In this document: one piece after another, positions 1 to 6,625 of the stretch
Layout: each line of letters opens with the position of its first letter
Position numbering within the stretch: the stretch's first letter is position 1
IMG/VR virus record: IMGVR_UViG_3300010220_000008
Coordinates: 1-24,119 of that record
Length of the DNA stretch: 24,119 bases
Reading direction: 5' to 3' (one strand)
From: a virus
Taxonomy: Duplodnaviria; Caudoviricetes
Translations under genes and position numbers: made by a program
Notes under the pieces: model-generated
Databases searched by the model: none
Told to the model about the DNA's origin: nothing
What the model saw: the letters and a program-made list of their open reading frames with translations, nothing else

Positions 1-3
1 TCT

Positions 4-55
4 GGTTCCTCCCCGGCCCTGAACGTATGCGGGGGGGCTGAGCGCGCAAGTTTTC
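4..55 (+). promoter_or_regulatory. Putative cos site (cosQ-like GGTTCCT 4-10; cosN-like ATGCGGGGGGGCTGAGCGCGCA 27-48)
   Basis: Resembles lambda GGGTCCT...TTACG GGGCGGCGACCT CGCGGGTTTTC in sequence and approximate spacing. TGCG/CGCA symmetry flanks the G-rich core. The phage encodes a GpA-type terminase. Confidence 0.65.
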
Positions 56-77
56 TAGCGACTGGCGTTTTCACCGG

Positions 78-260
78 GGAATCCACCTGGAAGCCACCCC
101 TGCGGACTTACTGGGAATTCTGACTCAATATCAAAACCTTACAAGATCGTCCCATTGGCAGAGGTGGCTTCCTCCGGGAAGCCAGGGAATCCACCCAGCG
201 ACATCTGCTGGCCACCGAAGCCACCCGCAAAGCGAGCGTTCAGAAGCCATTGAATCCAAG
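78..260. repeat. Cluster of GGAA(T/G)CCACC 10-mers (cosB-like terminase-binding iterons)
   Basis: GGAATCCACC 78-87, GGAAGCCACC 89-98, inverted GGTGGCTTCC 163-172, GGAAGCCAGG 177-186, GGAATCCACC 186-195, CGAAGCCACC 216-225, and degenerate copies at 242-260. Confidence 0.75.
129..141 (+). promoter_or_regulatory. IHF binding site candidate
   Basis: TATCAAAACCTTA matches WATCAANNNNTTR exactly and lies in an AT-rich patch between oppositely oriented repeats. Confidence 0.6.
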
Positions 261-272
261 CGTAAAAATGGT

Positions 273-318
273 TTGACATTTCTAGCCCCCTTGACGTAGC
301 AACGAACCATCGAAGAAT
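273..318 (+). promoter_or_regulatory. Putative sigma70-type promoter(s)
   Basis: TTGACA at 273-278 and TTGACG at 291-296. The -10 candidates (TAGCAA 297-302, AAGAAT 313-318) are weak. Confidence 0.4.
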
Positions 319-319
319 T

Positions 320-356
320 GCGCCCGGAGGATGACCCTCGCGGGCGCTTTTGTTTT
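320..356 (+). terminator. Intrinsic terminator/attenuator upstream of the first methyltransferase
   Basis: Stem GCGCCCG-GAGG / CCTC-G-CGGGCGC with a 5-nt loop, followed by TTTTGTTTT. Confidence 0.7.
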
Positions 357-443
357 CCCGACATCGCGGATCCCATGGGCCGCCGGTCCTGCTGGCCGGT
401 GACATGCCCTTGGCCGCCCCGCACCATCTGCGAAAGCCACCTC

Positions 444-1706
444 ATGGACCTCGTCTTCGCGCCGAGCCAGATCGAAACATGGCCGATTGCCCGGCTGCGC
501 CCCTATGCCCGCAATGCCAAGATGCATGGCGACGATCAGGTGGCGAAGATTGCCGCCAGCATGGCCAAATTCGGCTGGACCGTGCCCTGCATGGTCGCCG
601 ACGATGGCGAACTGATTGCCGGACACGGCCGGGTGCTGGCCGCGACCATGCTTGGGCTGACCGAGGTGCCGGTGATCCGGCTCAGCCATCTGGACGAGGC
701 AGAGCGCCGGGCCTACCGCATCGCAGACAATAAATTGACCGAGCTTGGCGAATGGGACGAGGCGATGTTGCGCGACGAGATCGCGGGGCTCTTGGCCGAG
801 GATTTTGACCTGACGCTCTTGGGCATCAGTGACGATGATCTCGATGCGCTCTTGCGGGATCCCGAGGCGCTGGGCGGCGATGGCCCGGTCGAGGGCGAGG
901 ACGATGTTCCGGAGCTGCCAGTCACGCCGGTCTCAGTGCCGGGCGACCTCTGGCAGCTGGGGTGGCACCGTCTGATTTGCGGCGACAGCACATCGGCCGA
1001 TGTGGTCGGGCGGCTCTTGGGCGATGTCCGCCCGCTCCTGATGGTCACCGATCCGCCCTATGGGGTGGAGTATGACCCAAGCTGGCGCAACCAGGCTGGC
1101 GCAGCCAAGACGAAACGCACCGGCAAGGTGCTGAACGACGACCGCGCTGACTGGCGCGAAGCATGGGCACTGTTTCCGGGCGATGTCGCCTACATCTGGC
1201 ACGGCGCACTGCATGCGGCGACTGTGGCCGACAGCCTGACTGCCGCAGGCTTCGCCATCCGGTCGCAGATCATCTGGGCCAAGGACCGCCTGGTTCTGAG
1301 CCGCGGCGATTACCACTGGCAGCACGAACCCTGCTGGTATGCGGTGCGCGCCAAGGGCAAGGGTCACTGGGCGGGGGATCGCAAGCAGACGACGCTGTGG
1401 CAGATCGCCAACCGGGATCAGGATGCGGACACCGTGCACGGCACGCAGAAGCCGGTCGAGTGCATGCGCCGCCCGATCCTGAACAACTCGAGCCCCGGCC
1501 AGGCGGTCTATGAGCCCTTCATGGGATCCGGCACCACGCTGATCGCGGCTGAGACCACAGGCCGGGTCTGCCTCGGGGTCGAACTGAACCCGGCATATGT
1601 CGATGTCGCCATCGAGCGCTGGCAGGCCTTCACCGGCGATGAGGCCATGCTGGTGGAAACCGGCGAGAGTTTCGCGGCCCTCAAGGCCAAGCGGCTGGCT
1701 GCATGA
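444..1706 (+). CDS. ParB/Srx N-terminal domain fused to a beta-class amino-DNA methyltransferase (DPPY, probably N6-adenine)
   Basis: N-terminal LRPYARNAK..H and IAGHGRVLAA..AYRIADNKL; motif IV TDPPY; HGTQKP; motif I EPFMGSGTT. Start placed at ATG 444 because the 318 extension runs through the terminator. Confidence 0.93.
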   Translation: MDLVFAPSQIETWPIARLRPYARNAKMHGDDQVAKIAASMAKFGWTVPCMVADDGELIAGHGRVLAATMLGLTEVPVIRLSHLDEAERRAYRIADNKLTELGEWDEAMLRDEIAGLLAEDFDLTLLGISDDDLDALLRDPEALGGDGPVEGEDDVPELPVTPVSVPGDLWQLGWHRLICGDSTSADVVGRLLGDVRPLLMVTDPPYGVEYDPSWRNQAGAAKTKRTGKVLNDDRADWREAWALFPGDVAYIWHGALHAATVADSLTAAGFAIRSQIIWAKDRLVLSRGDYHWQHEPCWYAVRAKGKGHWAGDRKQTTLWQIANRDQDADTVHGTQKPVECMRRPILNNSSPGQAVYEPFMGSGTTLIAAETTGRVCLGVELNPAYVDVAIERWQAFTGDEAMLVETGESFAALKAKRLAA

Positions 1707-3070
1707 CGCAGCACTTGCGCCCGAGCCAGATTTCGTTCTGGCCTCTGGATCGCCTCAAGCCCTACGCCCGCAACGCCAAGACCCATGACGCTGACCAGGT
1801 GGCAAGGATCGCCGCCAGCATGGCCGAGTTCGGCTGGACCGTTCCCTGCCTCGTCGCCGCCGACGGCGAGTTGATCGCGGGCCATGGTCGGGTCCTGGCC
1901 GCCGCGCAGCTGGGGCTCACTGATGCGCCAGTCATCGTGCTGGACCATCTGACCGAGGCGCAGCGCCGCGCTTACCGGATCGCCGACAACAAACTGACCG
2001 AGATGGGTGGCTGGGATGACGCTCTGCTCGTCGAGGAGCTGCGCGGGCTGCTGGCCGAGGATTTCGACCTCGGACTGATCGGCATCCACGAGGACGAACT
2101 GGACGCGCTGCTGCACGATGCCGACAACGACCGCGCGCCCATCGATGACGACACTGCCGATGCAATCCCCGAGCCCCCGGCGGAACCGATCACAAAGCCC
2201 GGCGACATCTGGCAGCTTGGGCATCATCGGCTGATCTGCGGCGATGCGACGGACCCGGCTGTCGTGGCGCGACTGATGGACGGCGCACAGGCGTCGCTGA
2301 TGTTCACCTCGCCACCCTATGCGCAGCAGCGCGACTATGGCGCGGCGAAGGAAAAGGTCGGCGATTGGGATGCGCTGATGCAGGGCGTCTTTTCCGCGGC
2401 AGCCGTCACTGCCGATGCCCAGCTGCTGGTCAACCTCGGCCTCGTCCACCGCGATGGCGAATGGATCCCCTATTGGGAGCGCTGGGTCGACTGGATGCGC
2501 GCGCAGGGCTGGCGGCGCTTCGGCTGGTATGTGTGGGATCAGGGGCCCGGCCTGCCCGGCGACTGGAACGGGCGGCTGGCGCCCTCGCACGAGTTCATAT
2601 TCCACTTCAACCGCCAGCCCCGCAAACCGAACAAGACGGTGGAGAGCAAGCACGCGGGCGAAACCCTCGGCGGCGGCGGCCTGCGCGGCGCCGACGGCAT
2701 GGTCCATCGCAAGACCGGTTACGGCAACGCGATCCAGAGCCATCGCATCCCGGACTCTGTATTCCGGATCATGCGCCACAAGGGAGGCTTGGGCGCCGCC
2801 GGATCGCACCCAGCGGTGTTCCCCGTGGCGCTGGTCGAGGCAGTACTGGAGGCCTTTACCGATCCGGGCGAGCTGGTGTTCGAGCCCTTCTGCGGCTCCG
2901 GCACGCAGATCGTCGCCGCTGAACGCACGGGGCGGCGCTGCTGCGCAACAGAGCTGGATCCCGTCTACTGCGACGTCGCTGTGCGGCGCTGGGAGATGGC
3001 GACGGGGCGTAAGGCGCAGCTGGAAGATCGCAACGAGACCACCATTGGCAAGGAGACAAAGCAGCAATGA
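1703..3070 (+). CDS. Second ParB/Srx-fused beta-class DNA methyltransferase (SPPY, possibly N4-cytosine)
   Basis: Paralogous ParB N-terminus; FTSPPY, HPAVFP and EPFCGSGT motifs. ATGA overlap with the upstream gene. Confidence 0.93.
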   Translation: MTQHLRPSQISFWPLDRLKPYARNAKTHDADQVARIAASMAEFGWTVPCLVAADGELIAGHGRVLAAAQLGLTDAPVIVLDHLTEAQRRAYRIADNKLTEMGGWDDALLVEELRGLLAEDFDLGLIGIHEDELDALLHDADNDRAPIDDDTADAIPEPPAEPITKPGDIWQLGHHRLICGDATDPAVVARLMDGAQASLMFTSPPYAQQRDYGAAKEKVGDWDALMQGVFSAAAVTADAQLLVNLGLVHRDGEWIPYWERWVDWMRAQGWRRFGWYVWDQGPGLPGDWNGRLAPSHEFIFHFNRQPRKPNKTVESKHAGETLGGGGLRGADGMVHRKTGYGNAIQSHRIPDSVFRIMRHKGGLGAAGSHPAVFPVALVEAVLEAFTDPGELVFEPFCGSGTQIVAAERTGRRCCATELDPVYCDVAVRRWEMATGRKAQLEDRNETTIGKETKQQ

Positions 3071-3576
3071 TCATCGATGTCCCGATCTGGCGAAACGCCG
3101 ACCTTGTACGTATCATTCCGATCACGCGCGGAGACCTGAACCAGGCCATCGCGCGATGCGGATTTCGACCGGAATACAAGCCAAAACCCGGCAAGGACCG
3201 CTGGTATAGTTGGCGAGACGTGGTGGCGGTTGCTGCAGCACAGGACTTGCGCAAGATCGGGTTTGGTCCTGCCATCGCATTCGGTTTGGTGCAAAACCAC
3301 CTGTCGCCGTTTTTGCGGGACGCCATCAAAACGCCGGATGACTGCGACGGCGTGATCTGGCTGGTCAGCCTGCGTGGGGATCACCTCGCAGAAGACACCT
3401 CGTGCGAGTTCCTGCGCCAGGGCGAGGGCGTTGAAGCGCTGATCGCGCCAAGCGAGAACGCACGGATTGTCGTGAATATCGGCAGGATTGCAGAACGCGT
3501 GCGCAATGATCTGCAGGCGACCGAGACTGCCAAGGTCATCCGAGAGGAATTTCAGATCACAGGACCGATAATGTGA
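3067..3576 (+). CDS. Hypothetical protein with a MerR-like N-terminal winged HTH
   Basis: AAGGAG RBS and ATGA overlap. The pattern ADLVRII.ITRGDLNQAIARCGFRP...GKDRWYSWRDV...LRKIG resembles MerR-type HTHs. Confidence 0.65.
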   Translation: MIIDVPIWRNADLVRIIPITRGDLNQAIARCGFRPEYKPKPGKDRWYSWRDVVAVAAAQDLRKIGFGPAIAFGLVQNHLSPFLRDAIKTPDDCDGVIWLVSLRGDHLAEDTSCEFLRQGEGVEALIAPSENARIVVNIGRIAERVRNDLQATETAKVIREEFQITGPIM

Positions 3577-3821
3577 GCCAGTCGCGCCGCATGTCGCTGA
3601 TCGAAGCCGTCACCAATGTGGCGGTGGGCTATGTGCTGGCTGTCACCACGCAGATCGTGGTGTTTCCATGGTTCGGCCTGCACCCGAGCCTTGGCGAGAA
3701 CCTGGCGCTGGGCGGGGTCTTCGTCGGCATCTCGCTCCTGCGCAGCTACGCGCTGCGCAGGCTGTTCGAGCGCTGCCGCCATCGGAGCAGCCTCAGTCGT
3801 CGAGAGGATCGAGGGCCGTGA
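3573..3821 (+). CDS. Small two-helix phage membrane protein (DUF7220-like)
   Basis: GTGA overlap; SLIEAVTNVAVGY...RSYALRRLF signature; two hydrophobic segments. Confidence 0.8.
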   Translation: MSQSRRMSLIEAVTNVAVGYVLAVTTQIVVFPWFGLHPSLGENLALGGVFVGISLLRSYALRRLFERCRHRSSLSRREDRGP

Positions 3822-3993
3822 TATAGGGATCGCCGCTGTTCCAGGATCCTTCATCGAGGGTCCAAGTCGCGTCGCTGATGGCAGACAAGGCTATGAGCGC
3901 AGCAGCTTCCGCCGCCTCCGCATCCGCCGCCTCGATGGTGACGCTGGTACTCTCGGTCACATCGCGGGTGATCAGGACCGTGAAGCGGGGCAT
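3793..3993 (-). CDS. Small acidic hypothetical protein
   Basis: TGATG coupling to the upstream DUF3489-like gene. The pattern V.IEA..AEAAE..A is typical of small phage proteins. Confidence 0.75.
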   Translation of the reverse strand: MPRFTVLITRDVTESTSVTIEAADAEAAEAAALIALSAISDATWTLDEGSWNSGDPYITALDPLDD

Positions 3994-4574
3994 CAGGCCG
4001 CCTCGAGTTTGTACACGGTTCCTCTGCCCGCGACCTTTTCTGCGGTGACCGGCAGGTTCAGCTTCTTCCTGAGCCCGCCCGAGATCAGGCCACGGGCTGA
4101 ATGCGCCAACCAGCCCGTCGCTTCGACGATTTCAGCGATGGATGCGCCCTCGGGTCGCTGAATGAGCGCGATGATCTCAGCCTGCTTGGTCCCCGCGCGA
4201 ATGGCAACGGGCTTGGACGTGGCGGGATCGGCCGGTGTTTCGGGGGCATCCTTAGGCGCCGAGACCACCTCCAGCTTTGCCTTGCGCAGATTGGTCATGG
4301 TGGCCGTAACCACCGGCTCGATGCCGATCGCGGCAAGTCCTGCTTCGGTCGCGATAAGCGTGGTGCCATGACCATCGCCCGTCTCGCGCCAGAGCGGCTC
4401 GCCGCGGCGCAGATTGGCATCGACCTCTTCGAGCCAGCCGCGCTCGATCATCTTGGTCACCGCCATCTTGGCGGCGGCGCCAGCAAGCCCCTCGGGCAGC
4501 GGCATCGCCAGATTGCCGGGGCGCGCGGCTGCGCGACTGAGGATGATCGATTGGGTGTCAGTGAGTTTGGGCAT
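3993..4574 (-). CDS. DUF3489-like protein (winged-helix DNA-binding candidate)
   Basis: GGAGG RBS; N-terminal KLTDTQSIILSRAA; C-terminal GTKQA.IIAL..RPEGASIAEI.EATGW.AHS.RG.ISG.LRKKL. Confidence 0.88.
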   Translation of the reverse strand: MPKLTDTQSIILSRAAARPGNLAMPLPEGLAGAAAKMAVTKMIERGWLEEVDANLRRGEPLWRETGDGHGTTLIATEAGLAAIGIEPVVTATMTNLRKAKLEVVSAPKDAPETPADPATSKPVAIRAGTKQAEIIALIQRPEGASIAEIVEATGWLAHSARGLISGGLRKKLNLPVTAEKVAGRGTVYKLEAA

Positions 4575-4611
4575 CTTGGCCTCCTGTTGTGATGGGGATG
4601 TCGGGGGTGGA

Positions 4612-5013
4612 TCAATCGCTCTCGGCCATCGCTGCGGCGATGGCGAAATGCTGGACCCAGCCGGTGAGGTAGGGCAGCCCTTCCGGGATCCCTTCGTCGC
4701 GTTCCGTCTTGCGGCTGATGCGCCAGTCCTGCCAGCGCCGGATCGCGGAGGCGATGGCGGGCTCTGGCCCGATGTTGCAGCCGGTCATGTTGCCGACCAC
4801 ATCGTCAGCGAAATGGCGGCCCATCCGGCTGTCGAGAAAGTCGCGGATGCCGATCATCTCGTCCTCGCTGTTGGCGTGGATCGCTTCAGCGATCATGCGC
4901 GAGGCCAGCGTCCAGACCTCCACGCTGCGGCGGTCGCGCAATGGGCAGATCGTGATGGTGCCAAAGAAGCCGTAATCCTCGTTGCGGCTGGGCAGGATGG
5001 GATGGTTGGTCAT
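4612..5013 (-). CDS. Conserved phage hypothetical protein (133 aa)
   Basis: AAGGA RBS before MTNHPILPSRNEDYGFFGT; RDFLDSRMGRHFADDV motif. The 5229 start of the ORF track overlaps the next gene and was not used. Confidence 0.82.
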   Translation of the reverse strand: MTNHPILPSRNEDYGFFGTITICPLRDRRSVEVWTLASRMIAEAIHANSEDEMIGIRDFLDSRMGRHFADDVVGNMTGCNIGPEPAIASAIRRWQDWRISRKTERDEGIPEGLPYLTGWVQHFAIAAAMAESD

Positions 5014-5038
5014 GGTGGGGATCCTTGTCATGGAAGGT

Positions 5039-5059
5039 GGCGGGGCGCTGGGCCCCGCC
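5039..5059. other. Intergenic GC hairpin without a U-tract
   Basis: GGCGGGGC-GCTGG-GCCCCGCC, a perfect 8-bp stem between two minus-strand genes. Confidence 0.5.
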
Positions 5060-5068
5060 TGCTTGCGA

Positions 5069-5416
5069 TCAGGCGGCGCTGAGGGCCTCGAGCGTGGCGA
5101 TGTGGCGGCGGAGCGCTGCAGCTTCTTCGCGCGCAGCGTCTGCCCAGAAGGCGGCGCGCGCGTTGCAGGCGCGGGCGAGATGCTCGGCATCCGCTTTCGT
5201 GAAGCGGTTGACCTTGTGCGCGCGGCCATGGCCCGTGCAGGTGGCGCGATGCTTGCCGCCCTCGGGCGCGAGCGTGAAGGTCAGGGGACCGAAGTCGTCG
5301 ATGACGATCCAGTTGTGCGAGGCGATCGTGGCGCAGGCGCTGGGCGCGAGGCGCGCTTCGATCCCTTCGGCGGCGGCGCGGAAGTCGGCGATCAGAGTGG
5401 CGGTGGCGTTGGTCAT
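5069..5416 (-). CDS. Hypothetical protein (115 aa)
   Basis: GAAGGA RBS before MTNATATLIADFRAAA; fills the space between neighbours without overlap. Confidence 0.75.
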   Translation of the reverse strand: MTNATATLIADFRAAAEGIEARLAPSACATIASHNWIVIDDFGPLTFTLAPEGGKHRATCTGHGRAHKVNRFTKADAEHLARACNARAAFWADAAREEAAALRRHIATLEALSAA

Positions 5417-5439
5417 GGCGGTTGCGTCCTTCGGTGAGT

Positions 5440-5540
5440 TGCATCGTTTCCGTGCGATGACCATCGCTCTGGTTCGGCGATTATCGTAGCAAAATCAGAG
5501 CCATAATCTTTCTTTCTGCTCATTCAGAGCGATCGGTCGC
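5440..5540 (-). promoter_or_regulatory. Putative internal promoter/operator of the antisense cassette
   Basis: AT-rich intergenic gap. ATCGCTCTG 5463-5471 is inverted to CAGAGCGAT 5525-5533, with a near copy CAGAGCCAT at 5496-5504. Confidence 0.45.
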
Positions 5541-5804
5541 GTCCACCCATTCTCCGTCCTGCCAGACATAGAGGTGGCAGAACTGGCAGGTCGGGCGCGG
5601 GTAGATCACCGGGTCGCGGGGCCGCTGGAACGCCTCGATCTCGTCGGCGCGGACCTGCCGGATTTCCTTCGCTGCGAGGATGTCCTCGGGCGTCCATGGG
5701 GCCAGCGCAGGCAGCATGTGGGAGGGATAGCCATCGTAATGGCAATAGATCTGCGCCCATTCGTTGGGCCCGATCTGGATGGCGATTTGTGCGCGTGTGC
5801 TCAT
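5520..5804 (-). CDS. Phage protein with a YxHxDGYP motif
   Basis: AAAGGAG RBS; MSTRAQI...IYCHYDGYP...YVWQDGEW. Confidence 0.85.
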   Translation of the reverse strand: MSTRAQIAIQIGPNEWAQIYCHYDGYPSHMLPALAPWTPEDILAAKEIRQVRADEIEAFQRPRDPVIYPRPTCQFCHLYVWQDGEWVDATDRSE

Positions 5805-5827
5805 CTGCGTCTCCTTTCTGGTGTGCC

Positions 5828-6040
5828 TCAGATCAGCCCGTGCTGCTGCAGGACCGGCACGACATCGGCCAGTTCAATGGTCAGGCAGTCGATCCCGATC
5901 CGCCCTGCCATCTCGAAGACCTCGGCGTTCAGGCTGCGGTCGTTGAGGTGGCCCTGCAGCGCGGCCGGGCTCATGGCCTGAACGAAGCGTGGGCGGTCGA
6001 TGAAAATGCGGGTCGTGTCGGAAGTGGTTGCGATGGGCAT
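5828..6040 (-). CDS. Hypothetical protein (70 aa)
   Basis: AAAGGA RBS; tight packing in the minus-strand cassette. Confidence 0.75.
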   Translation of the reverse strand: MPIATTSDTTRIFIDRPRFVQAMSPAALQGHLNDRSLNAEVFEMAGRIGIDCLTIELADVVPVLQQHGLI

Positions 6041-6052
6041 GTGCGTGTCCTT

Positions 6053-6265
6053 TCAGGATTGGGGTGCGGTGGTTTCAGCGACGCGGCGTCCCGCCTCGAA
6101 GGCGGCCTCGAGTGCCGAGCGCACCGCCCAAACGGCGTGTTCGTGGAAATCGAGCCGGTCCCAGTTCCGGGTCTCGAGGGTCTCAAGGAAAAGGTGCCGT
6201 TCGGCGATCTGCAGCAGCTGTGCGTCGCGGGCGGCGTTGGGGTCGACGGGTTTGCGCTTGGCCAT
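6053..6265 (-). CDS. DUF6900-like small phage protein (70 aa)
   Basis: GGAGG RBS before MAKRKP; IAERHLFLETLETRNWDRLDFHEHAVWAVRSALEAAFEAG signature. This is the real C-terminal part of the 6053..7063 ORF. Confidence 0.85.
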   Translation of the reverse strand: MAKRKPVDPNAARDAQLLQIAERHLFLETLETRNWDRLDFHEHAVWAVRSALEAAFEAGRRVAETTAPQS

Positions 6266-6267
6266 GA

Positions 6268-6486
6268 TCAGTCCTCCCAGCGGTGTTCGGGGTGGGTGGT
6301 GCGCGCGCGGGCTTCCTCGCGCATCATCTCGTAGGCCTTCTCCATCTCGACCATCCCGTCGGCCTGGCTCATCCGCCCCGACATCACTTCGTCCATCACC
6401 CAGTTCACCCGCTCTTGCGCGGGGCTGGTGTGATCCCGCCACCCTTCGCTCATCGAGCTGTGGCCCATCTTCTCCTGTGCGCGCAT
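6268..6486 (-). CDS. Met-rich small hypothetical protein
   Basis: First gene of the antisense cassette. Start is 6486 (GGAGAG RBS) or 6468 (AGGAG RBS). Confidence 0.72.
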   Translation of the reverse strand: MRAQEKMGHSSMSEGWRDHTSPAQERVNWVMDEVMSGRMSQADGMVEMEKAYEMMREEARARTTHPEHRWED

Positions 6487-6529
6487 GGCTCTCTCCGATC
6501 CTTGTGCAAGGGGTGCGATGCACCCGTTT

Positions 6530-6625
6530 TGTGCCACCATGAATCGCTCTATCCGGAAGTGTAATCAACTGAATAAGCAGCGCATTTCCTTTTAGTTTCA
6601 ATATATTGAGGGCCACAACAGCGCC
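6530..6625. promoter_or_regulatory. Divergent control region between the antisense cassette and terS
   Basis: AT-rich. Minus strand reads TTGATT-N12-AGAGCGATTCATG. Palindrome CAATATATTG at 6599-6608 lies within an IHF-like site with one mismatch (6596-6608). Confidence 0.5.

Noticed and set aside
78-260. Repeat cluster as a CRISPR array or parS site
   Set aside because: The repeats are 10 bp, irregularly spaced and in mixed orientation, with no cas genes. They do not match the 16-bp parS palindrome, and the ParB-fusion proteins lack an obvious HTH.
318-443. N-terminal extension of the first MTase from TTG 318
   Set aside because: Runs through the terminator hairpin. The paralogue aligns only from about Met 444.
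1508-3067. 519-aa minus-strand ORF
   Set aside because: Antisense shadow of the second methyltransferase in high-GC DNA; no recognisable motifs.
444-3070. Restriction-modification system
   Set aside because: No endonuclease or specificity subunit is recognisable nearby; these look like orphan phage MTases.
4615-4623. Further AGAGCGAT copy on the minus strand
   Set aside because: Falls in the last codons (ESD-stop) of a CDS without an AT-rich upstream tract. It may be coincidental, although it is at a similar distance upstream of the DUF3489-like gene.
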